From NCBI RefSeq assembly GCF_018350175.1, contig NC_058368.1, forward strand, positions 95,420,001-95,484,000: 64,000 nt of DNA, given 5' to 3'. The translations under genes and the position numbers were made by a program. This DNA comes from Felis catus. Lineage: Eukaryota. The notes beneath the pieces were generated by a model. That model was given only the letters and a program-made list of their open reading frames with translations. It was not told where the DNA came from and made no database searches. Position 1 is the first letter of the stretch. Each line of letters starts with the position of its first letter. Of the stretch, positions 24,888 through 36,727 are shown one piece after another.

Positions 24888-25635
24888 TCTCCTACTCCCA
24901 TGTTGAAGTCATGTGTTCAGTACTTGAAAAGTCACTGGAAAAGTCCATTCCAATAAAAAGAGGTGGTAGCACGTTTCAGACTTAATTTTATGAGGGAGAC
25001 TTTATAATTCCACTTCAACTGAGGAAAAAGAGCTAACAAAGGATTTGCAGGAGGTATGAGATTGAGAAAACACAATTTCTTTTTTAAAAATGTAAATATG
25101 TAATTAGAAGAAATCCTTTCCCAAATCATTCATCTTAAAAACAAGCTTTTGAGTAGTACTTCAATACTTTATTAAATAGAATAGTAACTAAAGTATAATC
25201 TGCTTAACCAGGTTTCCTTGGTCTGCATGTGGCTTTTCACATTCCAGCAAGCATAATGAAAAAGGAAAATGAAGGTAGAATAAACCAGATTTTGAGACCT
25301 AGTTCTGTGGGATGGGGTAGGGTAGGGAAGGGATATGAGGGGAATAGTTTGCATTTTGGAAAATCAATCTAGTCATTGCCTCCTTAAGTGAAATTTTTTG
25401 ATTCCAAACTTCTGTGGTCTTGTTCGTCATAGTTATTATCCATTTAGATTTAGGGGTATGTCACCAAAGTGCGATGTTCTGTATGTCCACAGAAGTAGAC
25501 ACCCATTCGGGATGATGAATTTATATTGAGTCATTCTAGTTTTAGGAAGCGTACAGAGATAGATGCATATAAGTCATCATGTGTGTATATGCGTTCATGC
25601 ACACACAAACCAGCTGTTGAAAATAGAATATTTTA

Positions 25636-25862
25636 TTTTATTTTTTTAAATTTTTTTTTCAATGTTTATTTATTTTTGGGACAGAGAGAGACAGAGCATG
25701 AACGGGGGAGGGGCAGAGAGAGAGGGAGACACAGAATCGGAAACAGGCTCCAGGCTCTGAGCCATCAGCCCAGAGCCTGACGCGGGGCTCGAACTCACGG
25801 ACTGCGAGATCGTGACCTGGCTGAAGTCGGACGCTTAACCGACTGCGCCACCCAGGCGCCCC
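25636..25862 (-). mobile_element. Very young SINEC_Fc
   Basis: CpG-rich, near-consensus body; perfect 17-bp TSD gaaaatagaatatttta (25619-25635, 25863-25879). Confidence 0.99.
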
Positions 25863-25882
25863 GAAAATAGAATATTTTAGAG

Positions 25883-26099
25883 CAGAGGTTGGCAGATGAT
25901 GACCCTTGGGCCAAGTCTGACCTACAGCCTGTTTTTGTACATAAAGTTTTATTGAAACAACCTCACAACGTTTTGTGGTATCTATGGTGACTTGGCATTA
26001 AAAATGCAGAGTTGAATAGTTGCTGTGGATTCCTTAGGACCTGCAACACTCAGAATATTTACTATCTGGCTCCTTATGGAAAAAGTTCGCTGATGGCTG
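25883..26099 (+). mobile_element. MER58A (hAT-Charlie MITE)
   Basis: cag...ctg ends; 'gcctgtttttgta.ataaagttttattg', 'aatatttactatctgg'. Confidence 0.92.
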
Positions 26100-26235
26100 G
26101 TTTAGCTTCATTTACATGAGATATCTTTCTAACAAGTGACAAGCCTACAAGAAGTTTGTTCACATTATTTTTTTATAAATGTGCATGACAAAGCAGTATC
26201 TTCCCAATTTAAGTGGCATAATCTTGAAATAAGTA

Positions 26236-26424
26236 TTTTTTTTTAAAGTTTATGTATTTATTTTGAGAGAGAGAGCAAGCAAGAAGGGGCAGAGAGAGAG
26301 GGAGAGAAAGAGCATCCTTAAGCTTGGAGCCCATTGTGGGGCTCGAACTCACAAACTGTGAGGTCACGCTCTGAGCTGAAACCAAGTACTGGATGTTTCA
26401 TCAGCTGAGCCACCGAAGTGCCTC
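26236..26424 (-). mobile_element. Can-SINE with internal deletion
   Basis: polyT, (GA)n, 'gggctcgaactcacaaactgtgag'. Confidence 0.92.
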
Positions 26425-26640
26425 AGTATTTTATTTTCTGTAATTAGAGGAGGCAAAACTATATTGCTTTGTATGCCTGACATGATGGATCTGGTTCTTT
26501 GTTTTTCATCTCGAATAGGTCTCATGGCCAAGAGGTTCACGAGAGCAGTTGCGTATTTTCCATTTAAAATGGTGTCTGCGTATGTGTGTAAAAACTGAAA
26601 ATAGTGGCAATCTACCTGGACACTTTATGGGAACAATTTT

Positions 26641-27195
26641 ATCAGTGTTGTATAGTTTTCAGGGTACAGGTCTTTGAACTCCTTGGTTAAGTTTATTTCT
26701 AGGTATTTGACTATTCCTGATGCCATACTTCATTAGTAGTATAGGAACGCAACAGATTGCTGTCTATTTTGTATCCCATGACTTCACTGGATTCATTGAT
26801 TAGTTGTAGTGGTTTGGTGAAGTCTTGGGGGTTTTCTCTATATTATTCATCATGTACAAACTGAAAAACCTGTTAGAATTTGGATGCCTTTTATTTCCTT
26901 TTCTTGTCTAATTACCATGGCTAGGGCTTCCAGTATTGTGTTGAGTAGAAGTGGTGACAGTGGACGTGTTCTTGTCTTCTTCCTGACACCAGGGAAAAAA
27001 ACTCCATTTTTCACCATTGAGTGTGAGGTTAACTGTGGGTTTTTCATAGGTGGTTTTTCTTATTTTGAGGTGTGTGCCTTCTAAATCTTGTTAAGATTTA
27101 GATTTCTAACAAGATTTCTAACATCTTGTTGAGATGTTTCATCAACAACGCATATGTCAGTTGATCAAACGTTTTTTCTGCCTCTCTTGAGATGG
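26641..27195 (-). mobile_element. Internal LINE-1 ORF2 (RT region) fragment flanked by TSD
   Basis: ORF 26850-27047 reads PLSPLLLNTILEALAMVIRQEKEIKGIQI (L1 RT motif); TSD actttatgggaaca at 26622-26635 and 27196-27209. Confidence 0.93.
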
Positions 27196-27994
27196 ACTTT
27201 ATGGGAACAGTTTTGGTTTGAGTGTTCCTATCAGCCAGTCACACTGAATCTGCTTCTGAATGTCTATTACAACTAACGGATAATGAACTCAAAATCTTTG
27301 TTTACAAATGAACAAACGTTCCAGACAGGCAACGTTGAATTTAATTTTCCAACAGACATTCTTTACTTCAATATCCGTTTACTTTGACAGACCACATTTA
27401 AAGTATACACACAGTGAGGGAGGTGAGGATATTTTCTCAACCACGATGATAAAGGAGGGTCATAATACATGTATTTAAAGTGTGAGTAGACCGTAAGGCT
27501 CTGAAAAAGAATATCTGAATTAGAGTTTGAGAAAAGCTTGGGTGTGGAACACCATTAGGTGTTTCTATATTTCTCCAAGTAAAATGATAACACCTCTCCA
27601 GCTTTTTAAAAAGGTTCTTAGAAAGCAGTGAATGATGAGTGAAAAATATTGCTCAGATGAAAATAGAAAGAATAATGAAAACCAACATTCTGTTGAAAAT
27701 CCTGTATGCCCCTTCTCACCATAGCCTGTTCTGCCTTCTCTGAGGTGATGGATATCCTAAATTTTATATTTCTCACCTCCTTCTTACCCTTCTTAAAAAT
27801 TGAGATATAATTTACCTAAAACTTGAGGTTGTACATCTGAAACTAACACAATGATTCCATGTATGTATATATTGTCAAATGATCACCACAATGTCTAGTT
27901 AATATCTATGACTGTACATATTAGAACTATTTTTGCTTGTGATGAAAACCTAAGAGATTGACTCCTAGAAACTTGGAAATATATACTATAGTAC

Positions 27995-28199
27995 TTTTTA
28001 ATTTAAATTTTTTTTAAATTTTTAAAGAGAGAGATAAGAGTGGCAGAGGGGTAGAGAGGGAGACAGAGAAGTCCAAGGAGGCTCAGCCCTGGCAGTGCAG
28101 AGCCAGATCCGGGGCTTGATCTCACGAACTGTGAGATGATGAGACCTGAACCAAAATCGAGAGTTGGAAGCTTAGCCAACTGAGCCACCCCCACACCTC
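27995..28199 (-). mobile_element. Can-SINE inserted in L1
   Basis: Standard body; degenerate TSD tata.ta.agta. Confidence 0.95.
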
Positions 28200-29316
28200 T
28201 ATAATACAGTATGGTTAACTGTAATCACTATAGGATAAATGAGATCCCTGGAACTTAGTTACATTATAACAAAGTTTGTATCTTTTGACCAGCATCTCTT
28301 CATTCCCTCTACCTCTGAGCCCCTGGCAGTCAATTTTCTACTAATGCTAGGAGTTCTTTGTTTTTCAGTATCACATATAAGTGAGACTATGTGGTATTCA
28401 ATTTTCTCTGTGGGACTTCATTCATTTAGCATAATGCCCTCAAGATCTATGCATATTGATGAAAATGACAATTTTCCTCTTTATCATGGCTGGATGATAC
28501 TCCCTTGGATATATATAACACAACAATTTTATCCATTGATGGATACTTAAATTGTTTCCATGTCTTGGCTATTATAAATAGTGCTATAGTAAACATAGGG
28601 GAAACAGATACCTTTTCAAATTACTGTTTTTGGTTTTTTGAGTTGTGTCGTTTGTTTTGGTTAAATACCCAGAATTGGAACTGCTGGTTCATAAGGTAGT
28701 TCAACTTTTAATATTTTCAAGAAAATCCCATACTGTTTTCCAGAGTGGCTATATCAGTTTCTGTTTCTAGTAACAGTGAGCAGGGTTCCCTTTTTGCCAC
28801 ATTGTCACCAACACTTGTAATTTCTTGTCTTTTTGATCCTAGCCATCCTAGCAGGTATGGGGTTTTGTCTTATTGTGGTTTTGGTTTGCATTTCCTTGAT
28901 ATTTGCTCCTTTTTTTTTTTTTTTTTTTTGATGCCCCTCTTGACTATCTGTATGTGTTTGGGAAAATACTGATTCAAATCATCAACTGTTTTTTAATCAC
29001 TTTTTTTGGCTCTTAAGTTGTAGGAGTTCTTAATAGGTTTTAGATAATAACCTTTTATTGGATAAGTGATTGGAGAGGATCTACTCCCATTTGATGGGTT
29101 GCCTTTTCATTTTGTTGGTTTCCTTCGCTGTGCAGAAGGTAGTTACTTTGTGGTTCTGTGTTGATTTTTACTTTTACTGTCCAATCCAAAAAAGGACTGC
29201 CAAGACAGGTATCAAGGAGCTTATTACCTATGTTTTCTTGTAGAAATTTTAATGCTTTCAAGTCTTTAACCCATTTTGAGTTGATTTTTGTGTATAGTAA
29301 AAAAGACTGTTGCTTG

Positions 29317-29371
29317 GTTTTTGTTTTGTTTTTGTTTTTGTTTTGTTGTTTTTGTTTTTGTTTTTGTTTTT
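29317..29371. repeat. (GTTTTT)n
   Basis: Directly visible. Confidence 0.9.
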
Positions 29372-30529
29372 CCATGTGGCTGTCTAAATTTTCCAGCACT
29401 GCTCTGGAGATTGACTTTTCCTCATTGTGTATTCTTGGATTTTTTTTGTTGTAAACTAATTTACCTAAAATGTGTCTGCTTATGTCTGGGCTCTCTACTC
29501 AGTTCCATGGGTTTATATGTCTGTTTTTACATTACTACCTTGCTGTTGTGATGATTATAGCTTTATAGTATGTTTTGAAAGGAGGTAGTGTGTTGACCTC
29601 AGCTTTGTCCTTTTTGTTCAAGATTGCTTTGGTAATTTGCGGTCTTCTGTCCTTCCTTATGTATTTTAGGATTGTTTTCCTACTTCTGTGAAGGATGCAT
29701 TAGAATTTTGATAGAGATTGAATTGAATCTGTAGATGACTTTAGGTAACAAGGACATCTTAACAATATTCTTCTAGTCCATGCACATGGGATGTCTTTCC
29801 ATTTATTTGCATGGTCTTTAATTTCTTGCATCATTGGCTTAAAGATTTGAGCGTAGAGATCTGTTACCTCTTTGGTTAAGTTTATTCCTAAGTGCTTTTT
29901 TTTTTTTTTAATGCCGTTGCAAATGGGATTGTTTTCATAATTTTTTGTATAATTTGCTGTTAATGTAGAGAAAGAAAATTGATTTTTGCATGTTGATTTT
30001 TATATCCAACTTTACTACATTCATTTATTCTAACAGTTTTATTTGGGGGCTCTTGAGGGTTTTCTATAAGATGATGTCATCTACAAATGAAGTTTTACTT
30101 GTTATTTATAATTGGGATGCTTTTTAATTAAATGGCTCTGGCTAGGCCTTCCAATGTTTTGTTAAATAAAAGTAGTAAGAGTGGGTACCGTGTTCTTGCT
30201 GATTTTCCAGGAAGAGTTTTCAGCCTTTCACTGTTGAGTATGATAATAGCTGTGAGCTTGTTATATGTGGCCTTTATTAGGTTGAGGGACATTCTCCATA
30301 TACCCACTGTGTTGAAGATTTTTATCAAAAATGAATGTTGAGTTCTGTTGACATCTTCTGCATCTATAAAGTGATCATAGGATTTTTACCCTTTATTTGT
30401 TGGATGGTATATCTTATCCATTTGCAGGTATTAAACCATTCTTGCATCCTTGGAATAAATCCCATCTGATTACTGTGTAATCCATTTAATGGATGGTTGA
30501 GTTGATGATTCAACAATTGAGAAATTGAA

Positions 30530-31611
30530 ACTTACTGAACCCTGTCCAGCTCTTGTTGTCTCCTAAAACTTTGTGATGGCCCAAGCAGCCTACTTTGTCC
30601 TCAGTGGCTCCCATAGTTGAGGATGTGCCAAGACTTGTCAGTTTTCCACAGGGAAGGATCTCAGTTGGCATCTAGAATTTGGCTGATGGGAAGCGGGACA
30701 CTGAGGCAAGAGCTTTTAAAACATGCAAATAAATCTCTTTCAGCAGAAGACTGGGACATGGGTGTTTCTCTCTGCACTGATCATCCCTGAGAAGATCCCT
30801 GGCTAATTAAAATCTGTTGATTTGTTTCCTGACATCCCCCCTTGAACTTGAGAACATAAATGCTCTGGCCACCAGAGCCAGGCTATCCAAGGGATGTCTG
30901 CTGTAGGTGATGGCCACAAAAGCTGTCTTGTGAGACCTCTACCCAGGCTTCTCTCTGGGAGATCCCAGTCGCTTCGCATGGGGCAGAGGAAGATTGTAAA
31001 AAAGATGCCTATGAGCTTCTGTGGTTTTGGGAGAGTATTTCAGTAGGCCCCTGGATATGTGTTAAATTAGATACCTGCCACTCAGACAGAAGTTTTAAGG
31101 TAAGCACACAGGCCCTTTTCACTGCAAAATGGCATGCATTTCAATTGGCTTCCTCCGTGCTGGGCCCTGGTGGGTAGGTGGGAAGTGAGTCTATGCAGGC
31201 TCTTTAAGAACTATTTCTCAGCTCACTCTTGCTGTTGTGCGTCTCATGAGTGCAAGCTCTCTTGGCTTTCAAAGCTAGATGTTTTGGCAGCTTGCCTCTC
31301 AGGTGCAGGTCTTAAAAAGCAGAGGTGCCAGATGTGAAGTTCCAATCCTTTGTGCCACAGGGAGATACTCAGAGTTTTGAGTTTGTCCCCGTTGTGGGTC
31401 ATTGTGCCAGGGGCGGGTTTTATGGCAAGATTGTGTTTTAGCCTTTCCTATTCCTTTTGATGTTGGTTTTTTTCTCCCTGTTCATCTCATACGTAGGAGT
31501 TGTTCTGCCAGCGAGGGGATTTCTCTCAGAAGTTGTTCCATAGGTAGCAGTAGATTGGGGGTGTCTTTGGGAAGAGGCACATCTGTGTCTGCATACGTCA
31601 GCATTGTCTGG
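30530..31611 (-). mobile_element. LINE-1 5'UTR-like segment (L1M2/L1M3-type)
   Basis: Recalled L1 5'-end motifs 'ttggctttcaaagctagatgtttgg', 'caggtgcaggtcttaaaa', 'ttgttccata.gtagc.gtagatt'. Confidence 0.7.
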
Positions 31612-31635
31612 TCTATTTGTTACATCTGTGAAATT

Positions 31636-31658
31636 ATTTTTTTAATGTTTATTTCTGA

Positions 31659-31705
<47 letters not shown>

Positions 31706-31867
31706 CATGAGCAGGGGAGGGGCAGAGAGAGAGGAAGACAAAGAATCCAAAATAGGCTCTAGGCCTTTATCAGCATAGAGTCCGATGAGGGGCTCGAACC
31801 CAGAACCACTAGATCATGGCCTGAGCTGAGGTTGAACATGTAACAGACTGAGCCACTCAGGCACCCC
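31636..31867 (-). mobile_element. Can-SINE containing (CA)n
   Basis: Standard body; (CA)n at about 31660-31703. Confidence 0.95.
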
Positions 31868-31990
31868 TCATCCGCGGAATTTTTTAACATGTATACATTT
31901 GTATCAAATTCGCCACACTCGGAATACGGCACTCTCCCACTTGGAGAAATCAGTTCCCTTATGCTATTCTTTAAAAAAAAAAAATACATC

Positions 31991-32175
31991 TATTTAAAAT
32001 ATTTATTTTGAGAGACAGATCATGAGTGGGGGAGGGGCAGAGAGAGACTCTCCACCAGGCTCCGTGCTTTCAGCACAGATTTCGACAGCTAGCTCGCTCC
32101 CACGAACGATGAAATCATGGCCTGAGCTGACACCAAGAGTCAGACACTCAATCGACCGAAACACTCAGGTGCCCT
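31991..32175 (-). mobile_element. Can-SINE (diverged)
   Basis: TSD cct.atg.tattcttt; standard body. Confidence 0.9.
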
Positions 32176-32475
32176 CGCCTCATGTTATTCTTTTACAGAT
32201 ACACTAGCCCCAACCCTGACCGTTTTCAACTACTGGTAGATTCTCCCTCACTCAACTTCTGTCATCTAGAGAATGTTACTTAAATGCACTCCTAGAGTGT
32301 GTAACCGTGGAGAATGGCCTTTTTTTTTTTTTTTTTTTTTGCGCTAAGTGTAATGCTTTGGGGTTCTCACAACTTGTTGAGTGTATGAAGAGTTCCTTTT
32401 CATTGCTGCTGAATATTAGGCCATTGTATAAATGCACTCGAGTTTATGAGTCCATTCAACCTTGAAGGATCATCC

Positions 32476-32509
32476 ACCTCCCCCCCCTCCCCCCCCCCCC
32501 CCCCCCCCC
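32476..32509. repeat. poly-C tract
   Basis: Directly visible. Confidence 0.9.
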
Positions 32510-33454
32510 GTTCCCCGGTCACCCCAGGTTGTGTCAATTTACAAATCTGCTATCAATACTCATATACACCTTTCTCTGTGTGAACCTAAGTTTGCATTTC
32601 TGGAGAATAAATACCTAGGAAAGCATGTGGCGTATTATACAGAAAGTGTATGTTTAATTTTTAAGAAACGGCTCACATGTTTTCCAGAGTAACTGACCCA
32701 TTTTAAATTCCAGCGATGGACTAGAGGCGCGCTTGGTGCACATCCCCGAAAGCACTGCGTGTTACCGGTGTTCCTTTCTTTTAGCTGTTCCAGTCCTTGT
32801 GCAGTGGTATCTCAGCTTTAATTTGCATATCCCTAATGGCTAATGATGTTGAATATCCCTCTATGTGCTTGTTGGCCATTTGTGTACTTCCACTTCAGTG
32901 AAATATCCAGCCGCATTTTGGGTCCATTTTCTAATTGTACTTTTTGTTCCTTTGCTGTTGAATTTACACAGCCCTTTATTTGGATACAAGTATTCTATCA
33001 GATAGGTGATAAGCAAGTCTTTTCTGCAAGTGTATGTAGCTGGTCTTTTCATTCTCTTCGCAGGGTCTTTGACAGAGCACGGGTTTCCCATTTCAATGAA
33101 GTGCGATTTATCTACTTTATTTTTTCATAGAGGTGTGACTTTGATGTCATGATATCATGTCGTTTTCACTGCCGTTTACCATTATTTTAAAAAACACCCA
33201 TTTAAAACAGATTCCTATTTAATAGAAAATTTCATTTGCTGGTTCTCTTGGCAAACTAAGCATATAATATACGAATTCAAGATGTAAAATTATTAAAATG
33301 ATGACCTACTAGGTCTCTCAAATGGAGGATGTATAGGGATCTGCTAAAGACATCCATAACAATTGCTTTTCTTTCTAGGTCTTGGGTTTCTCTTTGTTCT
33401 TTTATGTTGAGGTTGAATTATTCAGAATAGGAATTTTCATGGCTGTTACAGCTC

Positions 33455-34030
33455 TTACAAGTTTTCAAAAGGTATGTACCTGTGTAGCCACCTTCTTAAT
33501 CGAGATGTAGAGCTTATTAATCATCACAGAGTTTACCTTCATTTTCCCTACTGCTTGATCCCCAAATTCATAGTCTACTTCTTCGAATTAGCTTTGTCTT
33601 TTTTTTTTGAACTTTATATAAGTAGAATCGCACAGAAAATATTCTTGTTGGTATGGTTTCTTTTGATCAGCATCATGTTTAAAAGCACGAGCCATATTGT
33701 GGTGTATATAAAGAGTTTATTTTTATTGCCAGGTAGTATGTCTTTATGTGAAGGTACCACAAAGCAGTTATCTGATCTTTTATTGACAGACGTTTGGGTG
33801 ATTTCCAGTTTTTTTTGCCATTACAAGGAAAAAAAAAAGCTGCTGTAAAAATTCTATTACCAGCCCTTTTTGTGGACATGAGTTTTCATTTCTCTTGGGT
33901 CCATACCTGGGAGTGGAATTAGGAGTCACAGAACGCTGTTAACTTCATAAGAAATTGCCAGAGATTGTTTCCAAGTTGTCGAAGCAATTTAAAATCCCCA
34001 CCAGCGATGTATGAAAGGTATTCTATGTGC
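33455..34030 (-). mobile_element. Old LINE-1 (L1MC/ME-like) 3' region
   Basis: 'ttttgtggacatgagttttcatttctcttggg', 'cctgggagtggaatt', 'cccaccagcgatgtatga'. Confidence 0.8.
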
Positions 34031-34097
34031 TTGTAGATATGAGACTAATGGCATTCTCTTCTGGTTACCTTCAGAAATAATTGTCAGAATGTTCTTT

Positions 34098-34420
34098 GCA
34101 TCAGTTGGGGTGCTTTTGGTATACACAAAAGAAACAGATTCCTGATGAATTAAGGAGCAGGGAACACATTCAGGGCTGCAGGAGGCTCACAAAGCAGTTG
34201 GACCAGAAGGAGCTACAATAACGGGTCGATGGCAGGCAGGAGCCATTCACCGATGGCAGGGATGGAAACTCCAGCTCCCCTTCAAGGATGAAATACCAGG
34301 CAAGAGTACCTAGGTGATCTCAGTAGAGTCTGATAACTGCCTAACTTTGCTAGGAACCTGCGGGGCCCCCATATACAGGCTTTATCGGGAAGGTATTAAT
34401 TCCTGAGATTTAAAGCGAAG
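34098..34420 (-). mobile_element. Old MaLR LTR (MLT1J/K/L-like)
   Basis: 'tcagttggggtgcttttgg...aaagaaac' terminal motif; highly diverged. Confidence 0.4.
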
Positions 34421-34585
34421 CTATTGTGAAGAGCAATAAATCTTCGGCAGTCAAACCCAACCAGTATTCATTATACAACATTCTTCGGAGTTGTTGGGGT
34501 GATAGTTCTCTTGTTGTTCTGATGTGCATTTTCATAACTATCTTGCTTTTTTGTTCTGTTTTCTTTTTTTTAAAGGAGTTGATAA

Positions 34586-34751
34586 TTATTTTACTGTTTA
34601 TTTATTTTAAGAGAGAGGGAGAGCAGGAGAAGGGGCAGAGAGAGAATGGCAAGCAACCCCATGTGAGGCTCAAACTCACGAACCGTGAGATAGTGACCTG
34701 AACCAAAATGAAGAGTCCGATGCTTAACTGACTGAGGCCCCCAGGCGCCCC
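34586..34751 (-). mobile_element. Can-SINE with internal deletion
   Basis: Head ccaggcgcccc; shortened centre. Confidence 0.93.
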
Positions 34752-35364
34752 TCGTGGTGCTACTTCCTTACTTGTCCTGGATTGAGAGACCATCTCTGCA
34801 GACTCAGTGTTCACCAGTGCGCACAGTAAAAAAGTTCTTTTCCTGTGTACATCCTATTTCTTGGACAGTCTGATCTAGCAGAGTTGATGAAAACACATCC
34901 TCTGAAGAGTGAGTGTACTGCTTTGAGACTTTGAGAAAACCACCTCCCTTTTCAATGTTTTCACTGACCTGAAGGAATTAAACCTACCCAGATAGAAGGG
35001 AACACGACCCCTTCTTCCTTCGGCTTCCCATTTTACTGTGACGGCAGCGATAAAACTGTCCAGTGTCGATAAGAAAGATTTCTGTCAGGATCTCTGCCTC
35101 CTGTGACCTCGGAGCAGTGGGACTGTGGCTAACCTTCTGACTGGTACAGAGCCAGGTTACTGAGCTGAGGAGGCAGGCGAAAGAGTAGCCCAATCAAGAG
35201 TCTCTGTATCTTCTTTCAAACCGGTGAGTCAATTGGCTCTCCACTACTGAAGCCTGTGTAAGTCGTCAGTAATTTAGACAATAATTTAAACATAAATTTT
35301 GTAACTCTTTGTTCTTATTTCTTAATTTTCTCTCCAGTGTTAAGAGATTTATCTCTTAAAAAAA

Positions 35365-35565
35365 TTTTTTTTAAATGTTTGTTTTTGAGAGAAAGAGAGA
35401 GCGTGCACAAGTGGGGGAGGGGTAGAGAGAGGGGGAGACAGGGGATCTGAAGCAGGCCTCATGTGGAGAGCGGAGAGACCGACGCGGGGCTCCAACCCAT
35501 GAACGGTGAGATCATGACCTGAGCTGAAGTCTGATGTTTAACCAACTGAGCCATCCAGGCGTCCC
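35365..35565 (-). mobile_element. Can-SINE
   Basis: Standard body; degenerate TSD tttat.tcttaaaa. Confidence 0.95.
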
Positions 35566-36498
35566 AAGCATTTTATGTCTTAAAATGATTTCATAGGTAT
35601 ATCCAAAAATTGGAAGGACCATAAGTGATACATTTTGAGCTGAGTATACAGTTAGCACAGATTCTATTTACTGAAATAGGTCATGGAATTAAAAAGGTGC
35701 TTAAAGAGTCTCTCTTTATTTTCTGTACCAATTAATGGTACCTTCGGAATTGCAAAGAAAGGCTGGAAGCTACAAGGTTTCTGTATGGGCATCTTTGGGA
35801 GTATGCCTATTTCTTCCCTGGAGAGTACATTCAATGGTTCATTCACCAAACAGCCTCACACAGGCCTGTGATCAGCTCTCCTGGAGGCATAACACCAGCC
35901 ATCTATAACAAGACATCGGACTCCAATTGGGAAGAGAGATTTATTTTCACAAGAATAAGGGTTTATTTTAGGTACAGTCCTACAATTACCTCAATCAAAA
36001 GGTGTGTTAGTGCCATTGTCTTCCTTGCGATGTTATTTAAGTCTGTTCTGTCTAATAATAGAAATCTGAGGCTGTGTTTTTCTTTTTCTTATAAGAATAA
36101 GTTTCCACAGAGGTTTATCACTGTAAGTAGGGCTTTTTATGAACCTTCTGTCAGGAGGGCAAACGAGACCAGCACACGCACACCGGGATTGGAGGAGAGC
36201 ACAGCGTATGAACAAAGTGAAAAGGCAGGTTTTTGTGTTTTCCCTGACTATTCCTAAGTATCTAATAGGATTTGATGCAGTGCCGGGGACAGTCACAATC
36301 TCTATCTCTAAACTCTCTGACTAAAGTAAGCTCTAAGCAAAGAAGAAGAGACAAGGTAGAACTCAGAAATTTAATTCACTCAGCAAAATTAAGGCACATA
36401 AATAAGTAAAGCTAGCCATCAAGAAGGGAGAAAATACATTTCGTGTTTATCTTTTTCTCTGAGTTTGAAGTCAAATGCATGGGAAGAAACTCAGTGTG

Positions 36499-36520
36499 TT
36501 TTATGTTTATGTTTGTTTAT

Positions 36521-36566
<46 letters not shown>

Positions 36567-36727
36567 GGGGAGGGGCAGACAGAGAGGAAGAGTGAGAGAA
36601 TCCCAAGCAGGCTCTACACCATCCATGCAGAGCCTGACTTGGGGCTTGAACTCCTGAACTTCAAGATCATGACCTGAGATGAAACCAGGAGTTGGATGCT
36701 TAACCGACAGAGCCATGCAGGCATCCC
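36499..36727 (-). mobile_element. Can-SINE with long (GA)n
   Basis: Standard body. Confidence 0.95.

Larger units (their letters stand above)
27795..30500 (-). mobile_element. LINE-1 (L1MA9/L1_Carn-like) 3'UTR plus ORF2 3' half
   Basis: Continuous L1 similarity; ORF remnants YTKINSKWVKDL (29055-29399) and LNLIKATYNKLTAIIILNSERLK (30128-30328). Confidence 0.93.
31880..33150 (-). mobile_element. Older LINE-1 (L1MC/MD-like) 3' region
   Basis: 'aatttgcatatccctaatggctaatgatgttgaa', 'tgcttgttggccatttgt'. Confidence 0.85.

Noticed and set aside
26850..30341. Reverse-transcriptase-like ORFs as an active or domesticated RT
   Set aside because: Short, frameshifted remnants of ordinary L1 ORF2
32462..32692. 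Proline-rich ORF
   Set aside because: Translation of a poly-C run inside an L1 relic
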